This document shows positions 27,616 through 36,738 of a stretch of DNA of 45,828 nucleotides, one piece after another (the stretch's first letter is position 1; each line of letters starts with the position of its first letter). A program made the translations under genes and the position numbers. The notes beneath the pieces were generated by a model. The model was not told where the DNA came from. It did no database searches and was given only the letters and a program-made list of their open reading frames with translations. This stretch comes from an uncultured bacterium (GTDB lineage: Bacteria; Patescibacteriota; Minisyncoccia; Phycocordibacterales; CAIZLB01): assembly GCA_903933735.1 (NCBI GenBank), contig CAIZLB010000025.1:1-45828 (forward strand), in the 5' to 3' direction.

Positions 27616-27734
27616 TTGACACGTAACTTGAATTTGGTATCATATACACATAGCAAGTTAGACCTCCATAAGAGGGGCTGCCGTCGGTGGCCCACGTGTA
27701 TAAATTACACAGATCTTAGGAGGCTTTGCTTTTT
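27616..27734 (+). ncRNA. Putative sRNA unit 5 (with promoter)
   Basis: TTGACA-16-TATCAT; TAGCAAGTTAGACCTCC...GGAGGCTTTGCT closing stem with two inner hairpins. Confidence 0.6.
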
Positions 27735-27857
27735 ATGATACTAACGTTTTATTAGTTTTTTACATATCTGGCAAATAGAATCTATTTTTTAGCCTTATAA
27801 ATATAGATTTAGGATCTTATTTGCTTTTACCTTTGCAAATAGAATAACTATAATATT

Positions 27858-29294
27858 TTAAGCCTTAAAATCCTCACCATTTGAAAGCTTATATCTGGTA
27901 TACCTATGGGCCTTACCTTCGGTTTCGATCTTAATAAGCAAGCCTTGACTGACCCATTTTTTAAATAATTTAGACATTTCATATGTCTGTGTCATGTTTG
28001 TTATATCTCTAGCCTCTGCGTTATTAATATATCTATTTTTTATCAAAAATTCTTTTACTTTTTCCCACTCACTTTGTTTCTTTTCATTAAGTAACACAAC
28101 TTTTACAGAATCATCATATACTGGATAAGTTAAATAAATTGGATCATATAAATTTTGAGCGCGCATTTCATTCCTCATAGCCTGAACGCCTTCATTGCGA
28201 TCAAGATTTGGTTGTTCTGGAAATTCTCGTAAGTGTTTTACGATTAAATCATTTCTGTATCCATCCGCACGCACGTACCCAATATTTGATTTAGTTATAT
28301 TGTAAGGAAAAAGTCCTGGATTAAGAATCTCCACCCTATCTTCAAAGATGTTAATCTCAACATCTCGTTTAATATGATAATCTCTGTGGATTATTGCATT
28401 TGTGATAGCTTCTTTAATAGCACGCTCTGGTATCTGATACTTAGTAATAAAGCCTGAATGTATCTCTATCCCATTACGGAGCAATAATAACACATATTCA
28501 TGAGTATCTTTGATTAACTTAATTAGAGGACCGTCAATTGTTTTTGGTGTACCTTTTAAATTTGGAGTTTCTTTAAAAGTTTCTATAGTACCTGAGTATT
28601 GAAATACTCTAACTGCACATTTTGTATCAAGAATATTTGTTGGGTATTTTGCAAACAATAATACGGCAGCTCTTGTGGGTGACAAAATACCTTCATGGTT
28701 TTTTCTGGCTAAACCAACGCTAAACAGTATATCCTGTGTTGTACCTTCATTTATATTTCTTTCTTTTTTCCATAATTCAAAATACTCAGTCTCGAGCAAT
28801 TCAAAATCAACATCAACAAGTTCTTTGTCGGCTTTTTCAAAACCTTTGGCATAACTAAATTTGACTATTTCTTGTGGGGTAAGTTTTTTATTACTTTTAT
28901 TTTGCCTAATATATACATCATTATTTATTGAATGAAACATTCCTTCATTTTTAGGAATAGATATAAATGCAACAGTCTTACCATTTTCAGGAATAATTAT
29001 TTTTTTAGGATTCCAGATTGTACCAATGGGTGGTAAAATCCTTTGTACCTCTTTTCCGATTTCATCAAAAAGTTCAATATTTTCTTCAATACCGAAGACT
29101 CTATCAATCCCTTTGAGTTTAGTTTTTTCAGGATCATCAATACCAAAAAATATAACGCCTCCATCAGTGTTACCCATAGCAACAATTGTTTGCACAATCT
29201 TTGTAACCACTTTATCACCATTCAAACGTTTAAATTCAATCGTTTGGGTTTCTTCAGGTATTTCCAAAATTTGTATAACAAGATCATTATTCAT
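27858..29294 (-). CDS. AlbA_2 (Schlafen-like) + HATPase_c_4 + wHTH protein
   Basis: ETQTIEFK, VAMGNTDGGVIFFGIDD, EAITNAIIHRDY, DRVEILNPG, C-terminal INNAEARDIT HTH. Confidence 0.88.
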   Translation of the reverse strand: MNNDLVIQILEIPEETQTIEFKRLNGDKVVTKIVQTIVAMGNTDGGVIFFGIDDPEKTKLKGIDRVFGIEENIELFDEIGKEVQRILPPIGTIWNPKKIIIPENGKTVAFISIPKNEGMFHSINNDVYIRQNKSNKKLTPQEIVKFSYAKGFEKADKELVDVDFELLETEYFELWKKERNINEGTTQDILFSVGLARKNHEGILSPTRAAVLLFAKYPTNILDTKCAVRVFQYSGTIETFKETPNLKGTPKTIDGPLIKLIKDTHEYVLLLLRNGIEIHSGFITKYQIPERAIKEAITNAIIHRDYHIKRDVEINIFEDRVEILNPGLFPYNITKSNIGYVRADGYRNDLIVKHLREFPEQPNLDRNEGVQAMRNEMRAQNLYDPIYLTYPVYDDSVKVVLLNEKKQSEWEKVKEFLIKNRYINNAEARDITNMTQTYEMSKLFKKWVSQGLLIKIETEGKAHRYTRYKLSNGEDFKA

Positions 29295-29347
29295 GTACCT
29301 ATATTATACTATTTTATTAAAATATTAAAATTTTAACATAGAACCCT

Positions 29348-30862
29348 CTATATCCCCACAATCACCCTCACATCCGCGCCGATCTTATTCAATCTCATCG
29401 CAATATCTTCATAACCTCGACTGATTGGATATATGCTTCTCAATATCGATTTTCCTTTTGCACCCAACATGGCAATCATAATTATCATCGCCGGTCTTAA
29501 AGCTGGAGGACATACAATCTGTGTGGCTTTAAGCTCTGTAGGACCTTGTATGAAAACACGATGCGGATCAGCTAAGTTTATATTCGCCCCTAACCTGTTC
29601 AACTCTGTAAAATATATCGCCCTATTTTCCCACATCCAGTCATGTATTAAAGTTATACCTTTTGCTTGAGTTGCTATAGGTACAAAGAAAGGTAGATTGT
29701 CGGTATTTATTCCTGGATACGGTTGAGCCGCTATCTTATCTATGGGTGCTATAAGCTTTGAGGGATATATAGTTATGTCTACAAGTTTTGTTCTTTCATT
29801 TTTAGCATAATAAGCTTCTGTCTGTTTATATTTTAAACCCATCTTTTTTAACTTGAACATCTCAAGTGCTAAGAAATCTATAGGACATCTCGTTATAGTT
29901 AAAGTTGATTCTGTAACTATCGCAGCCGATATAAACATCATGGATTCTGTTGGATCTTCACTATTGTAATAATCTATATCCATATCTATATTGTCTATAC
30001 CGTGAACTATCATAGTAGTAGTTCCCATTCCCTCTATTTTCACACCTAGTTTTTCTAAGAAAAAACAAACCTCTTGCACCTGATAATTTGGTGGTGCAAA
30101 TTGTATTGTAGTTTTTCCTTTTATAAGTGCGGCGGCCATCAATATATTTTCAGCAGCAGTATCACTTGATTCTGACATGATTACATGTGCCGGTTTTAAT
30201 TTTCCTGATTTTATAAGATAATGATCAGCTTTAGTATCTATCTTAGCTCCCAAATCTTCAAGTCCATATCTATGTGCTGATATAGTTCTTTGTCCCATCT
30301 TACAACCACCGGCATGAGGGAGTTTGAATTCTTTTTCTAGATGAAGTAATGGTCCGATAATCATAAGACCAGATCTTATTCGTCCTGCTGCATTTTGATC
30401 AAGACTATTTATCTTTAACTTTTTAGGAACTACTATTTCAAGAGTGTTTTTATCAATCCATTTTATAGAAACACCCAAGCTTTCCATAAGTTCTATTATT
30501 CTTTGTACTTCTTCTATACGAGGTATACCATGCAATCTTGTTTTACCTTTGTTCAGAAGTGAGGCACAGATAAGACCAAGTGCTCCATTTTTAGAAGTGT
30601 TAGTTGCAATACTGCCTGAAAGTTTTCTACCGCCATGTATTTCTACATCTATAGAGTCGGATATAGCCATAACTTTTCTACCTAAAGCCTGACTTATTCT
30701 GTTCAACTCTTCTGTGGTCATGTTTTGTCCGCCACTTTCCATACGAGCCACAGCACTCTGTGACGTCTTTAAAAGTTTTGCAAATTCAGTTTGAGTAAGA
30801 TGCCTATCTTCTCTAAGTTGTTTTATAAAAAATCCAAGGTTTTTATTACTATTTTGTGTCAT
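29348..30862 (-). CDS. murA: XRE-HTH fused UDP-N-acetylglucosamine 1-carboxyvinyltransferase
   Basis: LTQTEFAKLLKTSQSAVARMESG HTH, then SKN, GGCKMGQR (catalytic Cys), PYPG..TD, ENR, RGYE. Confidence 0.9.
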   Translation of the reverse strand: MTQNSNKNLGFFIKQLREDRHLTQTEFAKLLKTSQSAVARMESGGQNMTTEELNRISQALGRKVMAISDSIDVEIHGGRKLSGSIATNTSKNGALGLICASLLNKGKTRLHGIPRIEEVQRIIELMESLGVSIKWIDKNTLEIVVPKKLKINSLDQNAAGRIRSGLMIIGPLLHLEKEFKLPHAGGCKMGQRTISAHRYGLEDLGAKIDTKADHYLIKSGKLKPAHVIMSESSDTAAENILMAAALIKGKTTIQFAPPNYQVQEVCFFLEKLGVKIEGMGTTTMIVHGIDNIDMDIDYYNSEDPTESMMFISAAIVTESTLTITRCPIDFLALEMFKLKKMGLKYKQTEAYYAKNERTKLVDITIYPSKLIAPIDKIAAQPYPGINTDNLPFFVPIATQAKGITLIHDWMWENRAIYFTELNRLGANINLADPHRVFIQGPTELKATQIVCPPALRPAMIIMIAMLGAKGKSILRSIYPISRGYEDIAMRLNKIGADVRVIVGI

Positions 30863-30948
30863 ATGTAATATATCATATATGATATATTGAGTGATTACAA
30901 TATTTACATATTTGACAGTGTTATAAAATAATATTAAACAAATATAGT

Positions 30949-31530
30949 CTACATAGACTCGCCCACTTTCCTAACCCTCTTTAAAAAAGACTCTCTATCC
31001 TTTTGACTTCTTTTAAAACTTTTATCAAAGACCATCATGGTTTTATGTTTCAATCCACAAAAATGTAACAAGCCCATAGACCAGAAAAACTTTATCGGTT
31101 TAAGTAGAAATATAGCTGTCTTAAACCACCACATATTACCATCAGATGTAAAAAATATATGAGCTCTTTTATTTTTAAGTAACCCCACAGGTTTTCCATC
31201 TACATATTTAAAAGCAAAATGGGAAGTAAAAACATTGTCGAAAAAATTTTTCATTATAGCTGGTGTACCCATCCACCACAAAGGGTGTATAAATACCATG
31301 TCAGTACAGTCAGTAATCTTCTGCTGTAACCGTTTAACATGGTCACTGAGATTCCTCATATCCTCTTTATTTTCAAAATTCAAAAAAGGTATTTGTAAGT
31401 CTGTTGTATAAAGATCTAAAACTTCAACTTGATTACCTCTTGATTCCGCACCTTCTTTAAAAGATGAAGCTATGCTGTGAGTAAAGCCCTTTGTCGAGGG
31501 GTGAGCTGTTATGATTAATATTTTTTTCAT
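30949..31530 (-). CDS. NAD(P)H-dependent oxidoreductase (flavodoxin_2)
   Basis: ILIITAHP, DLY, PLWWMGTPAIMKNFFD, GLLKNK. Confidence 0.9.
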   Translation of the reverse strand: MKKILIITAHPSTKGFTHSIASSFKEGAESRGNQVEVLDLYTTDLQIPFLNFENKEDMRNLSDHVKRLQQKITDCTDMVFIHPLWWMGTPAIMKNFFDNVFTSHFAFKYVDGKPVGLLKNKRAHIFFTSDGNMWWFKTAIFLLKPIKFFWSMGLLHFCGLKHKTMMVFDKSFKRSQKDRESFLKRVRKVGESM

Positions 31531-31539
31531 ATTATGAGT

Positions 31540-32481
31540 TTATTTTATTTTTAATATTTTAAATGCTTCATACACCATCTTTAATACACCTTCCTTTGTT
31601 TTATTAACGGCTAAAAATCCGGATTTGTGACAAAAAGTAGAACCCTCTATGCCGGTGACTTTTTCAAGTTCACCGTCATCCAAACCCCTCCATGACTCTG
31701 GAAAATAAATCCTGGCATTATACAATTCACCGTCTTTTTCAACAACTTTAGCAGACCAATTACCTCGCAGATCTGGATATACAGTAATTAACGGCTCTGG
31801 AAATTTTTTAAAATTAAAAAATACATCACAAACAATAACTCTTTTATCTTTTGCTTTTTTATAAAATTTTATAGCCACTTCTTTTTCTTTTAGAGTCTTT
31901 ATAGCATAAAGAATAATATTTTCTATTATAGATTCTGAAAGCTTTACTAATTCAAAAAACTTTTTATCCATCTCTTTGGGACCTTTTGATTTCACAATAC
32001 TTCTAGCTATTCTAAAATAATTATCTATAGTCAAAACGTCAACATCATCAATGATTTGTTTATATGTAAGTACACCATTATCCATAGCATCTATATGTAA
32101 AACAAGTTTTTTTTCAACACCATCAAAACACTCTTGAACAAATTTCTTATTTTTATTATCAGAAATCATACTTATAAGTTCTAGACCAAAATGCCTAAAA
32201 ACTAAACCGAAAGCAGCATAAGGTATACCATTTTTTCTAACTAAACCTGAATCATTTTGATGATGATCAAAACGAAGTTTTTTTGGATTATGAATACGAC
32301 CTATATCATAAACTATATCAGCTTTATCTATATCTTTTTGTTCTATACTTCTTTTATATTTAAGTTTTGTTTTAGGTTCTTTATTTTTGAAATACAAAGT
32401 TAAAAGTGCTGTAGCGAAGATATCATCAGCATGAAATAATCCAGAATGAGTTAATAGATTTATAGTTTTTTTATTTTTCAT
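31540..32481 (-). CDS. MYG1 family exonuclease/hydrolase
   Basis: THSGLFHADD, DIG, FDHHQ, IDAMDNG, FCHKSGF; start revised to MKNKKT. Confidence 0.9.
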   Translation of the reverse strand: MKNKKTINLLTHSGLFHADDIFATALLTLYFKNKEPKTKLKYKRSIEQKDIDKADIVYDIGRIHNPKKLRFDHHQNDSGLVRKNGIPYAAFGLVFRHFGLELISMISDNKNKKFVQECFDGVEKKLVLHIDAMDNGVLTYKQIIDDVDVLTIDNYFRIARSIVKSKGPKEMDKKFFELVKLSESIIENIILYAIKTLKEKEVAIKFYKKAKDKRVIVCDVFFNFKKFPEPLITVYPDLRGNWSAKVVEKDGELYNARIYFPESWRGLDDGELEKVTGIEGSTFCHKSGFLAVNKTKEGVLKMVYEAFKILKIK

Positions 32482-32485
32482 ATAC

Positions 32486-33508
32486 TTATTTTGTATCTTC
32501 ATTCCATACCTTAATAATAGCCACAAAAATACTCAATATTAATGGACCAAAAAGTACCCCTTCTGGACCGAATATAAATATACCCCCAATGATTGAGATC
32601 AAGATAAATAATGGATGTATCTTTATACCCCTGTTTATCATCTTTGGTCCTATAATATTATCTATCAAACCTACAGCCACAACACCCCATATTACTTGAT
32701 ACAACCAAACAAAACTATCTTTTGTAAAATACAAATAAACTGCAGCAGGTATCCAAACAGTAGGTGCACCAAGTCCTGGAATCAAAGCCATAAATCCAGC
32801 CAAAGTTCCAAAGAAAAATGGATTTGGTACTCCAAATATCCATAATCCAAATCCTGTAAATATACCTTGAATAATAGCTACAGTTAAAGAGCCAACGAGT
32901 ATTGCATTGACCGATTGTTTTATTGATAAAAATATTTTATCATCACTCTCTTTTTTAAGTGGACTTATCAATCTATATAAATCTCCAAATTGTTTTCCAT
33001 CTTTGAGAAAATAAAACATAGCAAATAAGAATAGGAATAGTTTTAGAGCAATATCAACAGTTCCTGAGAATATATTCCCTATATTATTCACAAAGAAACC
33101 TGATACTGATTCAGCGATCTTGTTAAAATTAAGATTTAGATCTGGAGATAAAGTACTTGAAAGAGTTTTTATCTTTTCTCCTATAAAATCAAGATTTATT
33201 CCTCCACCGGCAATATTTTGATATACAGCTTGAGTATCTATCACAACCTTACTTAAGAGAATGGTTACAGGAGTTATAATAATAAGAATAAATAAGATTA
33301 TGGTGATAAATGAAGCTAGAGCATTGGATACCTTTTTTAACAAAAATAATCTAGATAAAAAACTGTTAATTCTTAGATATATCGGCTTTATCAAGGTTGC
33401 AAATATATAGGCAAGTACTAATACTATTATGAATTTGTATAGTATTAACAATGATAATATTCCGAATATTCCAACTAATATTGTAAAATATATGTTTTGT
33501 TTACTCAT
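32486..33508 (-). CDS. AI-2E family transporter
   Basis: FYFLKDG, AIIQG, IPGLG, DNIIGPK, GGIFIFGPEGVLFGP. Confidence 0.9.
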   Translation of the reverse strand: MSKQNIYFTILVGIFGILSLLILYKFIIVLVLAYIFATLIKPIYLRINSFLSRLFLLKKVSNALASFITIILFILIIITPVTILLSKVVIDTQAVYQNIAGGGINLDFIGEKIKTLSSTLSPDLNLNFNKIAESVSGFFVNNIGNIFSGTVDIALKLFLFLFAMFYFLKDGKQFGDLYRLISPLKKESDDKIFLSIKQSVNAILVGSLTVAIIQGIFTGFGLWIFGVPNPFFFGTLAGFMALIPGLGAPTVWIPAAVYLYFTKDSFVWLYQVIWGVVAVGLIDNIIGPKMINRGIKIHPLFILISIIGGIFIFGPEGVLFGPLILSIFVAIIKVWNEDTK

Positions 33509-33551
33509 GATATGATTGTAACATAAATATTAATATACTATAATCAGCAAA

Positions 33552-34454
33552 ATGCCTGAATTACCAGAAGTACAAACAACAGTCGATGGTATCAATATCG
33601 TCGCTAAAAATAAGAGAGTCGTAGATACATGGACAGATCTTAAGAGTCTAGCCCCGATGTTTTCAAATACCATAAAAAATCCTACGTATTTTAAAAATTT
33701 TAAAAATAAGATACAGGGAGCAAAAATAATAAAAGCTGAAAGAAGAGCTAAGAATATATTGATACATTTAGACAATAAAGAGACCATTTTAATACATATG
33801 AAGATGACAGGACATGTTATGTATGGAAAATATATTTATGATAAAAACAAAAATTCTTGGACTCCAGAAAAAGGTCAAACACTACTCGAAGATCCATATA
33901 ATAGATTCATACATCTGGTCATAACCTTAGACAATGACAAACATCTAGTGTTAGCTGATACTAGAAAATTTGCAAAGGTTATATTGTTAAATGATGAGAC
34001 CAGAAAAGAGATTGATTTACTTGGTCCAGAGCCTTTGCATGATGACTTTACATATGATGTATTTTTGAAAAATATTAATAGATGGCAAAATAAGTATATA
34101 AAGACCTCTCTTATGGATCAGAGATTGATATCAGGTATTGGAAATATTTATTCTGATGAGATTTTACATAAAGCACATGTATTGCCTGAAAGGATTATAT
34201 CTTCATTGTCACCTATTGATCTAAGAAATATTTATAAAAATATAAAACCAATACTTTTACAAGGTATAGATTTTGGTGGCGATTCTACTAGCGATTATAG
34301 AAATATATATGGTGAACGTGGACAATTCCAGGTGAAGCATAAAGTTTACAGAAGAAAGGGTGAAAAATGTTTAAATAAAGGTTGTAAGGGTTTTATAGAG
34401 AGATCTGTATTAAATGGGAGATCCGCGCATTATTGTAGAGGATGTCAGAAATAA
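33552..34454 (+). CDS. mutM: Formamidopyrimidine-DNA glycosylase
   Basis: MPELPEV, RRAK, HMKMTG, D.RKF, GIGNIYSDE, C-terminal zinc finger ..CRGCQK. Confidence 0.95.
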   Translation: MPELPEVQTTVDGINIVAKNKRVVDTWTDLKSLAPMFSNTIKNPTYFKNFKNKIQGAKIIKAERRAKNILIHLDNKETILIHMKMTGHVMYGKYIYDKNKNSWTPEKGQTLLEDPYNRFIHLVITLDNDKHLVLADTRKFAKVILLNDETRKEIDLLGPEPLHDDFTYDVFLKNINRWQNKYIKTSLMDQRLISGIGNIYSDEILHKAHVLPERIISSLSPIDLRNIYKNIKPILLQGIDFGGDSTSDYRNIYGERGQFQVKHKVYRRKGEKCLNKGCKGFIERSVLNGRSAHYCRGCQK

Positions 34455-34528
34455 GGGATTTTTAGGCTTTATTTATAGGATTTATAGGCACTTGACTTTA
34501 TAATAAGATAGTGCTATACTATAAGAGT

Positions 34529-34720
34529 ATGAAAACTATTCACATCATTGTGTTTGCTATTGCGTTCCTGATCATGTTGGCCTATGGCTTCGGCGGCCTG
34601 GCATTCATGATAGTCGAGGGGGTCGGGTATGAACCAGACTTCATCACTCAGATCATAATAATTGTGGCCACCTTGGCGGCCGGAAACTCATTCTTCAGGC
34701 TTGCCATCAAACACGCCTGA
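34529..34720 (+). CDS. Small 2-TM membrane protein (GC-richer)
   Basis: TTGACT-17-TATACT, ATG 8 nt later; terminator hairpin about 34747-34787. Confidence 0.65.
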   Translation: MKTIHIIVFAIAFLIMLAYGFGGLAFMIVEGVGYEPDFITQIIIIVATLAAGNSFFRLAIKHA

Positions 34721-34837
34721 TCCACCAACCCCAACCCCCAACCACACCCCGTGGTCGCTATAAATGCGATCACGGTGGTTTTTTTTATTTGATTTACAAA
34801 AACTTGACTATTTTATATAAATGTAATATTATACTTT

Positions 34838-34977
34838 TGATTGAAGCGAACGGTTCTGTGAGCACTTACCTCCTTCGCAATGTCTGGCTCCTTAACCTTA
34901 CCGGTAGTTGTTGTTTTATACCGGTTCCTCCTTCAATCCTCCCAGCCGATGCCTGTCATCGCCTGGGTGCTTTTTTT
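34838..34977 (+). ncRNA. Putative structured sRNA with multiple CUCCU/C motifs
   Basis: TTGACT-17-TATTAT (34804-34832); GATTGAAG/CTTCAATC closing stem; terminator CCCAG..CTGGG + T7. Confidence 0.55.
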
Positions 34978-35026
34978 ATTTAAAATACTTGACTTTTATG
35001 TGTATTGTGGTAAGATGTTAAGTGTT

Positions 35027-35350
35027 ATGAACCAACAACAAATCAAAGAACGTATTGCTGAGATCAAACTCAGTCTCGCGCTGTGGATACTGATGACCGT
35101 CGTCGTCGTAGCCTTCCCTGTATTTTGCGCAGTCATCGGGTGCGCATTCCAAATCCGGGATGAACTGGACAAGTTCCCTTTACCCTACACAGTGAAGGTG
35201 GTTGCATTATTTTGCATCCCAGTGGCTATAGTCTTCGGGCTGATCGCTCGAAAGATTCAAAAAAGACTTGACGCAATCATGTTCAACAACTCGGAAGGTG
35301 AGGTGATCAAAAACCCCGCCTTCGTCCGCATCATCGGGAGAAAGGGGTGA
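35027..35350 (+). CDS. Small 2-TM membrane protein (GC-richer)
   Basis: TTGACT-16-TAAGAT; start revised to MNQQQIK; terminator about 35383-35421. Confidence 0.65.
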   Translation: MNQQQIKERIAEIKLSLALWILMTVVVVAFPVFCAVIGCAFQIRDELDKFPLPYTVKVVALFCIPVAIVFGLIARKIQKRLDAIMFNNSEGEVIKNPAFVRIIGRKG

Positions 35351-35432
35351 CCCTTCCCCAACCAACCCCAACCCCCAACCCATACCCTGGACCCCTCAAA
35401 GGTCCACGGGTGTGTTTTTTTATTTACATACC

Positions 35433-36017
35433 TTACACCCCATACAAAACCGCATCATTAACCAAAACATAATCCATAATCTCCTCATCTTTAAACCAAT
35501 ATTTTATTTCCTTCTCCGCATCATTAACATTACCTGAAGCATGCACTAGATTTCTAACTGCCCTATTATCATCAGTCGACAATTGATATGAATCCAAAAC
35601 ATAATCACCTCTTATAGTACCGACATCAGATGTCAAAGGTTCTGTATCTCCAGTTATTTTTCTAACAATATTTACAGCATGAGCACCTTGCCAAATCATG
35701 ATTATAATAGGGCCTGAGGTCATGTATTTAATAAGTCTATCCAATACACTCTGTGCCATAATATTGACATCCGGACTTGGTGGAGTTATGCCTTTATCAA
35801 TCAGACCTTTGATACTTTTTTCACCAACAAGTCTAAACCACTGGGGATCGAGATTATAATGACCATTGACAAGATCAATACCGGCATTCATCATTTTTAA
35901 ACCAACAAGTTTCAATCCAACACGTTCATAACGAGATGTTATTTCTCCTATAAGATTTCTCTGTAAACCATCTGGTTTTATTATGACTAATGTTTTTTCT
36001 TGACTTGGATGTTGCAT
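35433..36017 (-). CDS. ndk: Nucleoside diphosphate kinase
   Basis: EKTLVIIKPDG, YMTSGP, GTIRGD, RNLVHASG. Confidence 0.95.
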   Translation of the reverse strand: MQHPSQEKTLVIIKPDGLQRNLIGEITSRYERVGLKLVGLKMMNAGIDLVNGHYNLDPQWFRLVGEKSIKGLIDKGITPPSPDVNIMAQSVLDRLIKYMTSGPIIIMIWQGAHAVNIVRKITGDTEPLTSDVGTIRGDYVLDSYQLSTDDNRAVRNLVHASGNVNDAEKEIKYWFKDEEIMDYVLVNDAVLYGV

Positions 36018-36038
36018 GTCTTGATTATAACATAGGCA

Positions 36039-36656
36039 TTACTTCACCCCTACATAATCAGCTGTTAAAACCCATCTATCAGAGGCCTTACCAAAACTAT
36101 CACATGTGGCCAAGGTCAATGTAGGTTTTTCACTTTCAAATTGTATCCATGAACTATATTTACTAACTCTCTTTACCTCTCTGGTTTTGTATATATACAC
36201 TTCGGTTGCAGTTTTAACATATACCAAAGTTCCAGGTTTAACATTTTTCAAATTATTAAAAACTTGATACGCTTTATTTATCACAACCTTAAAAGTAGTA
36301 CTGTGGCCAAAGATCAAAGTATTATTTGATCCAGGCATTCCAGACCCTGGATAATAAACAGCTCCTTTATTCAAAGCAGTGTCGAGAACTTCGACATTTG
36401 TAGAGTTTGGTGAATTGACTATTGTGTTTATTTTATAATCAGGTATTTCCAGAGATAGAGGTAATTCTTTTTTAACGATTATGTTTTTATTTATATTTTC
36501 AACATTAATAGTATTGTCGATGATGACCTCATTTGAATTATTTATAAAATAAACAATCTTAATTAAACCAGTTATTAATATAAAGAATAACAAAATGATT
36601 AGACCTATTTTGAACATCTGTTTTGCAATATCTTTTTCTATTTCTGTAAACAACAT
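36039..36656 (-). CDS. Sortase family protein
   Basis: N-terminal TM; IFGHS, LTLATC, downstream R (SDRW); start revised to MLFTEI. Confidence 0.85.
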   Translation of the reverse strand: MLFTEIEKDIAKQMFKIGLIILLFFILITGLIKIVYFINNSNEVIIDNTINVENINKNIIVKKELPLSLEIPDYKINTIVNSPNSTNVEVLDTALNKGAVYYPGSGMPGSNNTLIFGHSTTFKVVINKAYQVFNNLKNVKPGTLVYVKTATEVYIYKTREVKRVSKYSSWIQFESEKPTLTLATCDSFGKASDRWVLTADYVGVK

Positions 36657-36738
36657 ATATCTCTTAATTATATAATATATAAATACAAAACACATCAGCA
36701 CATATGATTGCTGATACGTTCTGTGTTTATGTATTGAA

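Noticed and set aside
27197-27734. TIGR or CRISPR-type guide array
   Set aside because: No fixed short periodicity, no box C/D motifs, no adjacent Nop-domain or Cas gene; each unit has its own promoter
34789-34983. 64-aa ORF over the putative sRNA
   Set aside because: TTG start lies upstream of the promoter and the frame runs through the terminator; no protein-like features
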